From the human T2T-CHM13v2.0 reference genome, Homo sapiens, in NCBI GenBank assembly GCA_009914755.4, contig CP068257.2:37568001-37632000 (forward strand): DNA of 64,000 bases, read 5' to 3'. A model generated the notes under the pieces. That model saw only the letters and a list, made by a program, of their open reading frames with translations. It did not search any database and was not told the DNA's origin. The position numbers and the translations under genes were made by a program. Each line of letters starts with the position of its first letter. The stretch's first letter is position 1. This document shows, piece after piece, positions 27,528-43,735 of this stretch.

Positions 27528-29253
27528 CTAAAAATACATTCACAGTCTTAAGAAAAATCACACTATTGGTGTAAGACTGTGGTAAAAATGTAACTGATCT
27601 ACTGTCTTCTATAAAAATACAATAATGTCATATATGTTGCTCTCAACACATTTTTCCAGAAATGAAATTTTTAAACTATGCATGAAACATAAGTTATTTT
27701 CATATAACTTAACCAATTTCAGAAATATTACAAAGTTAGCTATGAAAAGCATACTCTAACAAGAGCACATTATCTAGTGAAAGGCTATTCCATGACCTCT
27801 CACCTCCCAGGTTTATAATATTTGTTTTCGCAGAATATGAAGCACATCTGATAATATGATAGGCAGAATAATGGCCCCACCAAAGATGTCCACATCATAA
27901 TCCTCATAACCTATGACTATGTTGCCTTACATGAGAAAAGGTATTTTGCATTAAGGGTATAGACCTTGAGATGAAAGATTATCTTGAATTGATTGCTTGG
28001 ACCCAGTATAGCCACAAAAGTTATTATAAGAGGGAGGCAGAAAGGTCAGAGTCAGAGAGAGACTGAAAAATGCTACATTGTTGGCTTGAAAGATGGAACA
28101 AGGTGACCTGGAGCCAAGGTGAGGACACCCACTAGAAGCTGGAAAATGCACATAACTCTCCCTGGAGCTTCTGGCCACACCAAGACCATGATTCTGACCT
28201 AGAGACCCATGAAAACTTCTAATCTACAGAACTATCAGGTAATACATTTTTATTATTTAAGCAACTAAATTTGTCATTTGCTGCAGCAGACATAGCAAAT
28301 AAATACAAATACTAAACACTTGGGAGTCTAGAAATAAAATTAAACGAAAATGACTAATCAAATTAGAGTATTTTAGGTATAACTTTTCAGTGTTCTGGAA
28401 GGCAAGCACATGGTATAAATTAATATTTCATAAAAAGCTTAAATTTAAGGAGCATTTGGAGGAAATTTAAAATGATCTGGGCTAAAATGTCTTAAGCATT
28501 TTCATATTAATAACCTTTAATTTTAATTACTCTATATTTGAACTTCAAAGCCTGCCGATACTCCATTATGATTACCCACTTTCATAAACTTAGTTCCATA
28601 GACCCTTCTCCTTACCCCTCAACCTCATCATCCCAACATATCTCCATTGTTAAAAAAAGTTCAGTCACCAAATCCTAGTTAGTTTTCCCTAAAAAGGTGT
28701 CATAATTTTCCTTTCCTCTCCATTCCAAGCAAATATCCTTGACTAGGTACCCATCCTTCACCCTATATTCTTGGAATAAACTCCTAATTCATCTCCTTTA
28801 ATACACATCTTCTTATCCTTCAAATTGTATTATCTATTTTGGCTGTTCAATTGATTCTCTACTTTAAATGAAATCCTTGGATTTCAATATCACCATAATC
28901 TACCCCAATCATAACAGCCAGACACAGCCACTTTGATCACTTCAACATCCAACCTCTACACCAGTCAGGTGTAGTTCCCTTAACAGTCTATGGACATGCC
29001 ATGCCATATTTCTCTACTTTTTTTGTCTTTCCTGTGGTAGCCTCTATTTTTTGAATGGCCTCTTCTTACTCCATCTCACTCTGATAATACAGTACAAATT
29101 CCAACTCTCCCACTAAATCTTTCCAGTAATTTCTCCCATTTTGCTAATAAAATATTCAGTATCTACACTGATATAACTTTTCAAAGACAAAAACTAAAAT
29201 CCTGAATTGATTTTAAAACAAAGAAAAAGAAACTACAAAAGTCAACCATGCAG

Positions 29254-29295
29254 AGTAACTTACTCTCCTTCTTCCAGAAGATGTTTTAGGAAGAT
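29254..29295 (-). CDS. BRWD1: 42-nt micro-exon encoding DDSDLPKTSSGRRR. Acceptor ttttattcctag|GATGAT, donor AGGAGA|gtaagt.
   Basis: Perfect donor GTAAGT, good acceptor, phase 0-0. Corresponds to the acidic inter-bromodomain linker of PHIP ([21 protein letters not shown]). Confidence 0.75.
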
Positions 29296-30078
29296 CACTA
29301 TCATCCTAGGAATAAAATCAGAGCACCTTAAGTATTTAGAGTCTCATTAGAAAATAATAACATAATCTTAATAAATAACATATCAAAGACATTTGGTATT
29401 ACCAGAGTTATAACATGTTATTATCAAAATCTCCAAAGAAAGACTACCAGATGATCTTTGTGGCACCCAGGCTTGAAAAAAAAAAATCATTCTTAATAAT
29501 CCTTTTTCATTCCCTAAGAACATGAACTAATTCTAAAATTTGAAATTACAGCTATAAAAAGACGCTTCATGCATTTCCTAAATAGAAAACTTGTGTTTTA
29601 CCTCTATCCACAAATCCCCAGAAACATACAGATTCCTATAGTTTCTGCATTTTGTGTTCTATAGTACAGGCATGCACTACCACCCCCATCTAACTTTTTT
29701 ATTTATTGTAGAGACAGGGTCTCAAACTCCTGGCTCAAGCAATCTTCCCATCTCAGCCTGCTAAAGCACTGGAATTACAGGTGTGAGCCACTGTGCCCAG
29801 CCTCCAAGGTACTTTATATAATACACCTTTCACTAGCTAAAATATAGAAAGAGAATATATTCCACACCTAAAGTTATTCACTTAGATATATTTTGATATT
29901 AGCTAAAACAAATTACCTCATAAATCATCTAGAAAATTCAAAAATATAATTTTATCAAATGCCCTATTTGTTCATTGGACTACTACAAGAGTTGGTACTA
30001 CAAAGCCAACATTTTCTTCACTTTAAAAATACCATTTGAAATTAACAAAAACCATTATAAAATCAACAAACTTCATAC

Positions 30079-30151
30079 CAAATCCTCAGCATTTTGCTCA
30101 TCATTTTCAGATGTGTTAGAAAGTTCTGAGATATTTGTACAGTGTTGATTC
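30079..30151 (-). CDS. BRWD1: Coding exon, 73 nt, phase 2 to 0. Encodes (K)NQHCTNISELSNTSENDEQNAEDL. Acceptor ttttag|GAATCA, donor GATTTG|gtatga.
   Basis: Phases link exactly to the flanking exons: ..LKFIK|K..NAEDL|DDSD... Linker region analogous to PHIP ..[28 protein letters not shown]. Confidence 0.75.
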
Positions 30152-31464
30152 CTAAAAAACAAATTTTCACTTTAATAGTATGCAGATGTAGTGACTTGTT
30201 GGCAAGGATTCAAATTATACATTAAAATATAAACAGTTCACCAACCTATACGTGCCTAATTTCAAACAGAGGAATATCAGGTTTTCCCCCAACCCTTTGT
30301 AAACATAACTAGCCATCTTAAATCCTAATTTAGAATCTTGAAGGTTTTTCTTGTTTTCCGTTAAGTATGTATCCAAATTAAGCAGGTAATCCAAAAATAA
30401 TATATGTATGGCCTCAATTGGATGAATACATGGATGAGTTTTTCTAAGTATCATCAATAGCAGTATTCACACAATAAGTACCAGGAAAACAGTTGATTTA
30501 AGGTAAAAAAAATATATATATATACATATATATATAAGGGAAAAAGGAATTGAAATTAAAGCAAATAGTATCTTACTGTACACACAGGAGAAAAAAAGAA
30601 TGCTGAAATATGGATATCTAAGCATAAAGGAGACAAAAATGGGTAGATAATTTTCCTGAAGTAAGAACAAGAAGGTGATTCTGGGGAGGAGGTAACTTAC
30701 GTATGAGTCTCCAAGACTTAGGACAGAATCAAACCAAGAAAGCTGACAAGAATCAGTTACTCCCCAGTTTTCAGCTAGATGCTGAAAACGATGGCACTGT
30801 TTCTAAATTAAGAATGCTCACTAGAATAGAGCAGACTAGAACCTGGGTCTGAATTTCCAAGTCAGTTTACATTCTTTGATTCTGAATACTTCTGAATTTA
30901 AGAAAATCTACAGAATATTCACACGTATACAAACATTTTCACAGGACATAATCTGAAACATTAAAACAACATAATCATGGGAAAATACCAAACAAAATCC
31001 AATTAAATATACTCTATAAAATAAGTAACATAACTATACTCTATAAAATAAGTAACATTCATAAAAATGATGAGGTGATAAAGACAAGAAAAAACTGAAG
31101 GAGACTAAGAAAACAAAACGCTAAATTTGATGGGGATTCTGGATTAGATTCTGAAACATAAAAGGGTGTAAAAACTAGTGAAATCCAAATAAATTCTACA
31201 CTTTCTGTCAATAGCATGGTACCAAGATTTTTTTTTTAACATTTCATAAGTATACCGTAGTTATATAAAATGTTAACCTAAGGGGAGACTAGATGAAAGG
31301 CAAATGGCAACTTTCTGGAGTATAAAATTATTTCAAAATTTTAAAAAGTTGAAAAACTGAATTATTCAGTTTCTCAGACTTTTACTTAAATTATGTATGT
31401 AAAGAAATGTCATCTAAAGTAAAGCATTAAAAAAGTATAGTTCTGAGTAAAAAACAAAACTAGA

Positions 31465-31768
31465 TGATTTTTTTTTCCTTTTTTTTTTTTTTCTGGAGAC
31501 AGAGTTTTGCTCTTGTTACTCAGGCTGGAGTGCAATGGCACGATCCACACACGATTGGGCTCACTGTAACCACCACCTCCTGGGTTCAAGCAATTCTCCC
31601 ACCTCAGCCACCCGCCACCACGCCCGGCTAATTTTTGTATTTTTTTTAGTAGAGCCGGGGTTTCACCATGTTGGCTACGCTGGTCTCAAATGCCTGACCG
31701 CAAGTGATCTGACGGCCTTCGCTTCCCAAAGTGCTGGGATTAACAGGCATGAGCCACCACGCCCGGCA
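31465..31768 (-). mobile_element. Alu, about 65 bp downstream of the exon 31835-31960 donor
   Basis: Poly-T then ggagacagagttttgctcttgttactcaggctggagtgcaatggcacgatc..gcatgagccaccacgcccggc. Confidence 0.92.
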
Positions 31769-31833
31769 AAACTAGATGATTGTTAATAGCACAATATGCA
31801 GTCACTTTTACACAACATCTATGAAATTACTTA

Positions 31834-31962
<129 letters not shown>

Positions 31963-32307
31963 TCAAAATAAAGTAGACAATTTAGGGCTTAGAAAATGAG
32001 AAGATAGAAACCAAGTGAAAAAATGCAGCATGTGAATTAAACAACTGTGAAATAATAATTAAACCATAAGTGCAAAGTTATAATGAATAACCTTCTAATG
32101 CTCTCAACTTGATCATAGTCATAGGCAATACATTGGACACCGAAGCAATTATATTGAACTGAAGAGGACAAAAATCTTAACAAATTACTTAATCACATAC
32201 AGAAAACCAACAAAACTACCCTCCCTTTTCATACTGCATATAGGTACCTTTTAAAATTGTTGAATCTCAATAAAGAAAATATGTTAAATATCATCAACCC
32301 TAAAAGC

Positions 32308-32625
32308 TGGCCCAGCAAGCTGGGATTACACCTGTAATCCCAGCACTTTGGGAGGACAGGGCAGGAGGACAGCATGAGCCCAGGGGTTCAAGATCAGCCT
32401 GGACAACATGGCAAAACCCCAAATTTACCAAAAATTAAAATTAAAAAATTAGCCAGGCGTACTGGTGCGCACCTGTAGCCCCAGCTATTCAAGAGGCTGA
32501 GGTGGGAGGATTGCTTGAGCCTGGCAGGTCGAGGCTACAGTGAGCTATCATCATGCCACTGCACTCCAGCCTGGGTGACAGAGCAAGACTCTATCTCAAA
32601 AACAAACAAAAAAACAAACAAAAAC
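32308..32625 (+). mobile_element. Alu
   Basis: ggcccagcaagctgggattacacctgtaatcccagcactttgggagg..gagcaagactctatctcaaaaacaaacaaaaaaac. Confidence 0.9.
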
Positions 32626-33601
32626 TAAGAGCTTCAGTTTCACTGTAAACAATCAAGTGGTTTCTGATGGGAATGCACATTCCAGTGTTAAATTACAGAG
32701 ATAAATTACGTCGATAATGTGGACTCAAGATGACTTTTTATAATTTCTTAAAGTAGTTGAATTATAAAAGTTAAAATACAATCAACTGCTGTAAAAATCA
32801 TTAAGAATAGGAAATTTTATACTTACCAGTGCTCTAGAAGCCAAAGATAAAAAGTCAGTGCCTCTGGGAAATTAATCTTCCAAAGGCCAAAAAGACCAAG
32901 TATTAACTATATAAATATTATTTTTAAATGTAGTTAAATAGAAATTTAAACATACAAAGAAAAAAAATAAAGTTATCTAACAACTTAACAAAATTTCTAA
33001 GAAAAACAGATTACTAAAGATTGAGGGTTGAGGCCCTGACTCGGACCTCCCTTCTCCAGCCAGGCCTGACCATCCCTGCAACTCTCAGCCTCCTACTCAT
33101 GTCGGCTGTGAGAGCCTGTGCTTAAATAAGATATCAGGCCTTACTGGAGACACTCAAGGATAGGTTGAACAACTATTTTTCCAGAGCAGAAAGGAAACTC
33201 ATGCATCAGAAAGGCCAGAAGTATATGACTGTATAAATAACAGAATCTACTCAGAACAGTTTAAGGAATTTCTTGGGACCTACAATAAACTTAGAGAAAC
33301 CTGCTTTTTGGACTGTGTTAAAGACTTCACAACAAAAGTAAAGCCTGAAGAGACCACCTGTTCAGACCATTGCTTACAGAAATATATTTTTTTTAACTTT
33401 TAAGTTCAAGGGTACAAGTACAGGATTGTTACACAGGGAAACTTGTGCCACAGGGGTTGGCTATACAGATTATTTCATCACCCACGTATTAAGCCTAGTA
33501 CCCATTAGTTGTTTTTCTTGATTCTCTCCTTCCTGTCACCCTCCAAAAGGCCCTAGTGTGTGTTGTTCCCCTCTGTGTGTCCATGTGGTCTTATCATTTA
33601 G

Positions 33602-33951
<350 letters not shown>

Positions 33952-34669
33952 AATTATTTTTAAATGACACAAAGAATATCCAAGAGATTTCAGGAATATC
34001 ATATTCAACAGAACGAAGCCCTGGTAGCCAAAGCAAAACTACTTGGCCAATCACAATAGGTAACTCCAGATGGATGGACTTTTGATGAAAGACTGCCAAC
34101 AGCTGCTGCACTGGAAATGAGGATTTATCTGACAGTTCCCTGGGAGCAGTAGCCACCCTGTTAAACCATCTGTCATGAGTTTGGCAAATGAAAACCACTG
34201 GAGAAACAAAACCACTATTTACCAAGAATAATTAAAATAGAAGGTCTTATTGTTCAAATAATAAAACACAACATTTACTGAGGCCTTAAGATTCTGCACC
34301 TTGGTTACCTGATTAGAAAAACAAACAACTGTTTCTTCAATTATGGCTATTAATTTTAAAACAAATTATGTCTTCAATCATGTATGAGGATAGAAAAATT
34401 CTCATTACTAAAGTACCAGTGAAAGTTTACTGAAATAAGTGGAATAAAAGTAAAATTTCAGTGATATGGAAATAATCACTGAAAAAAAAACGAGGGTGAA
34501 ATATGGTAGTCAATCTTCTGCCTGGCCCTACCCACACCTACCCATAGGCATCTAACACCATCTGACAATGAAAGAGAATAATGAAACAGAAAATGCTAAT
34601 CAGCCCCCAATTCTACCACTATCTCTTTCTTTGTTTACCCTAGTCAATATTGCCAAATATAGCTTTTTA

Positions 34670-34846
<177 letters not shown>

Positions 34847-35033
34847 TCAATAAATCCATTGCCTCTAAGTGGTACTTCTCTAGAAATCATTCATAAGATA
34901 TGGCTACATTTAACATTACAGGCTAAATTAAAAGATAACCAATACAAAGTGTAGAAAAGAACAGAAACCTCAATTATGCTAGTATTTTTAAATACCTTTA
35001 TGAAAAAAATTGAAAAAAAAACTTTTCATCCTA

Positions 35034-35276
<243 letters not shown>

Positions 35277-35687
35277 TCAATTTTCATAGCTTATAAAACT
35301 AGGTTATCTCCACAGTCAAAAATAGAGTTCAAATGTGCAACTCTTTTAAAATTACTCATTGAGATTAACAAATTGCTTAAATTCAGGTAAAAACACAATC
35401 TACCTACCCTAACAAATTAAAAATTAAAAATAAGAGTGCCAGTATTGCAGTTTTCAGTCTATTTCTTCAAGGAGGCAAACTTAACCCTGAGGCCTCTGAA
35501 AACACAAATTGAACCTGACAATATTCAAAATTTTAAGCTTACATACAGTTAAAATTTTTAAATTAAAATTTTTAAAAAGTCAAGTCAAAATGGATAAAAT
35601 AATCCCACATGACAAATGGCTAATTTTCTTAAATTTTAAGGGAGCGCAAATGAAACAGACTGGTATTTCTTGAAAAAATAAGGAGAA

Positions 35688-35982
35688 GCAGGCAGGGTGG
35701 CTGACGCCTGTAATCCTAGCACTTTGAGAGGCCGAGGTGGGTGGATCGCCTGAGGTCAGGAGTTTGAGACCAGCCTGGCCAACGTGGCAAAACCCCATCT
35801 CTACTAAAAATACAAAACTTAGCCAGCTGTGGTGGGGCACACCTGTAATCCCAGCTACTAAGGAGACTGAGGCAGGAGAATAGCTTGAACCCGGAGGTGG
35901 AGGTTGCAGTGAGCCGAGATTGTGCCATTGCACTCCAGCCTGGGCAACAGGGCAAGACTCTGTCTCAAAAAAAAAAAAAGGA
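35688..35982 (+). mobile_element. Alu
   Basis: ggcagggtggctgacgcctgtaatcctagcactttgagaggccgaggtggg..ggcaagactctgtctc(a)13. Confidence 0.92.
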
Positions 35983-37421
35983 GAAAATCTGAGGAAGCTC
36001 AAAATATTTTAGCTTATTGAATAGTAGTTCTAACATACAGATAAGAAATGTCATTTACTGTGTACTGTGTACTGGCTACCAGGTTAACTCAGAGCACGTT
36101 TACAATGAGGGAACAAGGGCATTGGGAAGAGCATCATTTTAACAGCTGCTAAATGATGGAGAGAATGCTCATGGGAGCATTTCCTCTAGAAACATATCCA
36201 TTAAGATTCCTGCAAACATACACACAAGTTTTATATAGAGCATTCTTTGGGAATGCTCTTAACTTCAGTAGAGTTGACCTATTAGAATTAAGTCATATGA
36301 TGTAGTCTTTTAGCTGAGAGATGGGAATTTTTTAAACATGGATGATAAATGATTCCTATAAGCTTATAATTCATGTTCTTGCAAAAAGAAAAAGGATTTC
36401 CATTTTATTTTCTGCATGAACATAAAAGAAATGTGGGGGAAGAGGGCAGAGACATCCCACTGCCCTAATAAGCCAAAATGTGTATTTTTATACTGTAATT
36501 CAGAGTTATGCTTTCAGTATTTTATCTCATCAAAAGGAAGAGGAAAGACGCTGTACAGGCAGGCAACATAAAGTGCTTTAAAAAACACTGGTTTATCAAA
36601 GCCGGGATCTAAGTTCAAATCACATCTATACCACCTAAAAACTATGACTTTGGGCAAGGGGTGTGGGTGGGTGGGTGTGTGGGTGTGTCTGTTTTAATGG
36701 GGAGAAAGGGGGTCTCACTATGTTGCCTGGGCTGGTCTCCTCAGGTATTCTGGTGAATACTGATCAACCCACACGTGTGAAGAAATGACAGGAAGCCAGG
36801 AAAAGAACCAAATGAAAGTTCTGTGATAACAAAGGCCTGATGCACAAAAGGGCCAGCACCCACGCCTGTTCCCTCAGCCAGACTGAAAAAGCTGCATGAT
36901 ACATAGAGCAGTGGATACACTGCATAAAAGGGCCTTGCCTTAGAAGTCAAAAGTAAATCAGTTCTAGGCTGAGCACTGCTCCAAACCCATCTACCATATC
37001 TTAAAAAGATAAAATTGTTTCCGACTAGCTTAATTGTGTGACAGAACAAAGTGTAACACTTACAGGAATACAAAAATATACAGCACCCAACAAGGTAAAA
37101 ATTCACAATGTCTGACATAAAATGTAAAATTATAACACAGGTAATATATTAGGAAATACCCATAATGAAGAGATTTATTAATCAACCAACCAGAATTGGC
37201 ACATATGTTAGAATTAGCAAAGACATGAATGCAGTTATTATATTACGCATGTTCATTAAAAACATATATAAATGGAAGACATGAAACACACACCCAAATC
37301 CAACTTTTAGAGATGAAAACAACAAGCAGTAAGGTGAATACTATAAACACATTGGCTGGTGATACATAAGATATTCCGAAAGAAAATATAAATATATAAG
37401 ATAAAAATATAAAAAGACTCA

Positions 37422-37745
<324 letters not shown>

Positions 37746-38201
37746 TTATTCATTTCTGAATGTATATCATCATTGAGGGGAAAAAACTAAATCTTTTCTC
37801 ATAATGTCTATTTAGTGCCTAACTTGATGCCCCCCAAACGGTAGGCATTCAAGAAATGTGTATGAAACAAATATGTGATGTAGTTATATGATTTACTCTA
37901 TAAGCATAGCTAATATTTCATAAAACAAAGCAATAATAACTAATATTTTCCAAACATAAAACTAAAAAGATGCATATGTAACAAATTTTACACTAACATA
38001 GTGTAGACACAGCAATAAAAACTGAAGACACAGCAATAAAAATTATCCTAATGAAACAGTAAAAGAAAATAAAGCAAAAAAACAAAAAAAATCCAGAAAA
38101 GCCCCGAAATACAGAGACCATTTAAGGGAACAGAAGAAATTATGATATCCCAAACTAATAGATAACAGTTAAAAATGAGGAAAGAATCTGAATATTTCTC
38201 A

Positions 38202-38530
<329 letters not shown>

Positions 38531-38599
38531 TCAGTATCATTAGGCATCAGAGAAAGGCAAATCGAAACCACAATAATACTTCCTATAAGTTAAAAAAAA

Positions 38600-38900
38600 C
38601 AAAAGTATCCAGGATGTGAAAAAATTGGAACCCACATACACTGCTGCTGGAAATGTAAAATGGTATACCTGCTCCAAAAAAACCATTTGTCAGCCCTCAA
38701 AAGGTTAAACAGAGTTACCACGTAACCCAGCAATGCCACTCCTACATATGTACCCAAAAGAAAAAAAAACTTGCACATGATATTCACAGGAGGACTATTC
38801 ACCGCCAAATAATGGAAGCAATCCAAATGCCCATCAACTGATGAATGGATAAAAATGTGTTATATCCATACAATGGAATATGATTCATCAATAACAAGAA
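38600..38900 (+). mobile_element. L1 3'-end fragment
   Basis: ..ctgctggaaatgtaaaatggtatacctgctcc..cccagcaatgccactcctacatatgtacccaaaag..ccatcaactgatgaatggataaaaatgtgttatatccatacaatggaatat. Confidence 0.75.
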
Positions 38901-40397
38901 ATATCTTGGTTTCTAAATGCCTTTCTCCAATCAAACAGGCCATGGCCCCTGAAAAACTGCCTGATTCCACAGCTGAGGTAGGGAAAGTACAAGGTGAGCC
39001 TTGAACACTGCATATTGCCAGAAGCTATGAAAACACTCAAAGGCGATTCAAAAGAAAATGTCAAATGGACATAGGAGCCAACATGAAGGGGTTCCCAGTG
39101 GCCAAATCTGCAATAAGGTAGCAACAAAATAATGACAACAATTGAACACTGATTTTATTTCACAAAAATCTGAGTACATACTAATATAAATAAATGGGAA
39201 AGGAGAAGATGTATCTTATAGTAGAATTCCAACTAACACATGTAAGACAATGAAAACAAAAAATCATTATTTGAGGGAAGAATTATCAACGGATGCTACA
39301 ATTAGTGAGTGGAAACAGCATAAGAAACAAGATTTTTGCAGCACATAAATATATCCCCATGGGACACTAATTATAATGGAAAAAGTATTTACTTTACACT
39401 GGAGAAACCTGACACATACCCCCTAAATCAAATTATTAAAATCCTAAAATAATTGCACTGAGAAAGACACATTACCTTTCTGACATTTTTGCCAAAAATG
39501 CAAAACCTAAATTTAATCAAGAAAAAACATCAAACCCAAACTAATGGAAATTCTATAAAATAACTGCCCAGTAATCTTCAAAAGCCTTAAAGTCATGAAA
39601 GACAGTGAAAAACGGAGGGATCCTGGATTAAAGACTAAGATGACATGACAAATCCAAAATGTGAAAGGATATTAGTGAAACAGACAAAATCTGAATAAAG
39701 TCTATAGACAATAGTATCGTATTAATAATTTCCTGATTTTGATCACTGCAATGTGCTAGCTGTATAAGAAGGGAAATATAGGTATTCAGAAAATCCTTGT
39801 ACTATTTTTTTTAACTTTTTTTAAGTCTGAAATTATCTTGAAATCAAGTTTTTTAAAGTGCTATAAAAAATGGAGAGTACATATTGAAGAGAAATATCAA
39901 AATGCAGATATTCAGAGATTTTCTTGAAAATTATAAAAAGAGAAAAACATCAAAGGATGTTACAAATCAGTAAAAACACATAAAGAAAGCTTGGTGGTGA
40001 AAACAATGGACACAAGAGATATAGAGTACCCTTTCAAAAAGTTTCGCAAAAGGGAAATAATTCAGTAACAAAAATGCTTCATGAAGTCAAATGTAAGGTC
40101 TAAGAGACATATTCAAACCTGACTGGAGAAAGGTAGGAAGAAATTAAAATTGTTGGAGGGGATGAGCTAAGTGTAGGTACCAGGCCCTTGGAAGGCCAAC
40201 AGCAGTGGGATGCTAGCACTGGAGGACAGGCTGGCTTTAAATAGTTGTCTATTTCAGTAGAAAATCCATAATAAGACAACTTGAGGTAAAGCAGAAGACA
40301 GATGGAAGTCAAGTTCAATCTTTTCCTTGAAGGAAGACCAAGGGTAAAAGATTAAGAATGAGGTAGGAAAAGTAGAGGCTACATGAAGGATGTAAAT

Positions 40398-40697
<300 letters not shown>

Positions 40698-40955
40698 AGG
40701 AGTTAAATTTAATGCAGGGTTACATGAGAAACGACAGCAAGCTATTAAGGTACAGCCAAAATCAAGCTGGAATCTAAGGTCAAGAATTAACAAAACAGAT
40801 AAACACGATGCTGTTGTCTTCTTTCAGTAAAGTTCAGTTACTGTAATAATTTGAATATATTGATCATAGAATACAAATATGTTTGTTCCATGTGCACTGG
40901 CAAATGTACATATTATAAAAATAAAATGTTTTCATTATTTAACAAATATATATAC

Positions 40956-41017
40956 CATTATCAGGAATTGGTTCCATGTCCCATGGGCTAAGTTTTTCAA
41001 TTTCAGTATTATCCCAC
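40956..41017 (-). CDS. BRWD1: 62-nt coding exon encoding (R)[20 protein letters not shown]. Acceptor ttgttttttaacag|GTGGGA, donor GATAATG|gtatat.
   Basis: Matches PHIP [21 protein letters not shown]. Phase 2 to 1. Confidence 0.9.
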
Positions 41018-41620
41018 CTGTTAAAAAACAACAAATCTCTGGTTAGCCTTTCATAAAAACAAAATGTGGATAATAGGTATCCATTATAAAAATACAAAAT
41101 GTGAAAATTAACCTCACTGCAGCAGTACAATTTTAAATATTAACAGTAAATTTTTTTAAGAAGGATATATTATTAAAATAACAGGTTTAAGAACAAAACC
41201 AGAAATCCTATGTGGCCTGCACCCAAAGTGAACAATAACTGAAAGACAAGGCATGAAGCCCTTGAATTCCACTACAGCCACAGTCAATGGTTTTTATCCC
41301 ATTGCCAATGAAGAGGCGTCAAAGGTTTCTTTGAAGAAGATTAATGATATAGTATCTGCTTCTGAACTAGGACACTGACAATACGAGGTAAAGGAAATAT
41401 TAGGTGGCTACAGAAATAGTTCCAGGAAAGCAAGCAGAACCTGAACCAAGGGGAGTACTGGTGAATAGGAAACAAAGAGTAGGTGCATGTCTGAGAGACA
41501 TTTCGGGTCAGCCTGACATGACTTAATGACAGATAAAAACCATGTTTTTTTAAAAACCAGAAATGTATTATTTATACAGCAACCTGCCACACTGAATTAC
41601 TGGGAAATGATTAGTTTTCA

Positions 41621-41782
<162 letters not shown>

Positions 41783-43394
41783 CTAACATTCATTAACATT
41801 TTTTTAATCTACAAAATACCATATGATACAGATAAAAAAGAAGCCAAAAGCACAATACAAAAACAGGCAAGCAGCGCTCCTAAACAAACCAAGAAAAATA
41901 TGGCATAAAAAATTTAACTTTTAGATTAAATGCATTTCTAGATGTATTTTACAACTCTAACACTTCAACCAGTGAAATAAACTGCACTAGATCTGTGTTT
42001 AACATTCATTACAATAGAAACATGAACTGCTGCAGTAACCATATCTCTTCCTTCTTACCCTTCCCACCATTTACAAAACAAAACCAATGAAACAATAAAA
42101 GTCACCTATCCAGCACTGATGATTCTTCGGGATATAGATCAACAGTTCTTTTCTCAAGGAAAGTTTTATAGAAATAATCAAAATTAAAGCTACAATTTAT
42201 CCCCAAGAAAGAATATAATATACCTGGCAAACAGTCTTGAATAATTAAAGTATGCTTACAGTGAATTCTTCAAAGGTTTGAAAAAAAATAATGCCATAAC
42301 TACTAGACCTACATGTTTTAGTCTTTAGCATATTTTCAAACTTATGTAAACATGAGTTTTACATATATTTTACTTCAAAATCACTTGAAACCATAGCCCC
42401 TGAAAGAAATCTAAGGAGACTAGTATAGCTTTAAACTTACAATTTAAGATAAACCACACCATGATTTTATCCAAATCTCTAATACCCTAATTTAACATAA
42501 ACATTAATTACAACTGAATGTAATAATAATAAATTATTGTCATAAAATCAGCTGCCTCAATTTTGAGAGGCCAAACATAAAAACATGTTAGAAGAGAGTC
42601 TTTGATATAAAAAATTAAGTGTATATTTTTCTTGCTATTTACCTAATACTAGAAGATAATTTCAGTTTAGATAAAAATATTTCTTCATACAAAAACAACC
42701 CTTTAAATAAAAAGGAGCCTGAAAAAATTAAGTTTTCTCATAATAAAAGTGTCTTTTCTATGTTTTTGCTAGCTGATCACCCTGGTAATCTTATGTTAAG
42801 GCTTTTCAAATAAACCTACTTTGGCCTTTCAAGAGAAGGATAAAAATCCACTGTAAAAATGAAAACAAGCAACTTCTTCTTGCCATACTACTCAAATTCC
42901 ACGCAAAAATGGGGAAGCAAAATGAATTAAAGTGTAGTATAACAGGTCTGGTCCAATAATTTCTCAACCACAAAAATAAAACAAAAACCACTAAATTACA
43001 GGAGGCATCTGGGACTCCATCTCTAGAGTTTAACTGTAGATAATTCAGTTTTAAAAAAATTAATGGACATGTTGGCAAAAATGAGAGCCTCTTACACCTC
43101 ATGGGAGCTGAAAAATCATAATAGCTGGGAAGCTTTAAAGTTATTTGGAACACAACTATACAACCTGCTAATGTTGCTTCATGTTATTTTTGTGGCTGTA
43201 TGTTTTTCTTCAAGAAAAATTTTCTCTGCATCTACTCCCAAAATAATCTTGATTACTTGTGTAGATGTTACCAGGAGAATAATCTATAAAGAGGAGCCAC
43301 ACGCCCTGACAATCTTTCACGTCAGATGAGGATGATTAGGGACTTTATCTAAAATTTACCTTCTTGTAGTACCACACAAAAAGGCAGCAGTGGC

Positions 43395-43735
43395 CAGATA
43401 TGGTGGCTCACACCTGTAATTCCTACACTTTAGGCAGGCTGAGGCAAGAGGATTGCTTGAGCCCAGGAATTCAAAACCAGCCTGGGCAATACAGCAAGAC
43501 CCTGTCTCCACAAAAAAAATTAAAAATTAGCTGCACATGGTGCAGCTTCCAGAATTTACATGTTTGTATGCACTATAATTAAGAGTCCCACAGCCAAAAA
43601 GGAGGCTGAGGTGGGAGGATCGCTTGAGCCCAGGAAGTTGAGGCTGCAGTGAGCTCTGATTGCACCACTGCCCTTCAGCCCGGGCAACAGAGCAAGACCT
43701 TGTGTCCAAAAAAAGAAGGAAAGAAAGAAAGAAAC
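43395..43735 (+). mobile_element. Alu whose linker region is interrupted by a 57-bp non-Alu insert (43543-43602) copied from 44931-44988
   Basis: ggccagatatggtggctcacacctgtaattcctacactttaggcagg..aaaaattagctgcacatggtg [cagcttccagaatttacatgtttgtatgcactataattaagagtcccacagccaaaaagg] aggctgaggtgggaggatcgcttgagcccagg..gcaagaccttgtgtcc(a)7gaaggaaagaaag. Confidence 0.88.
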
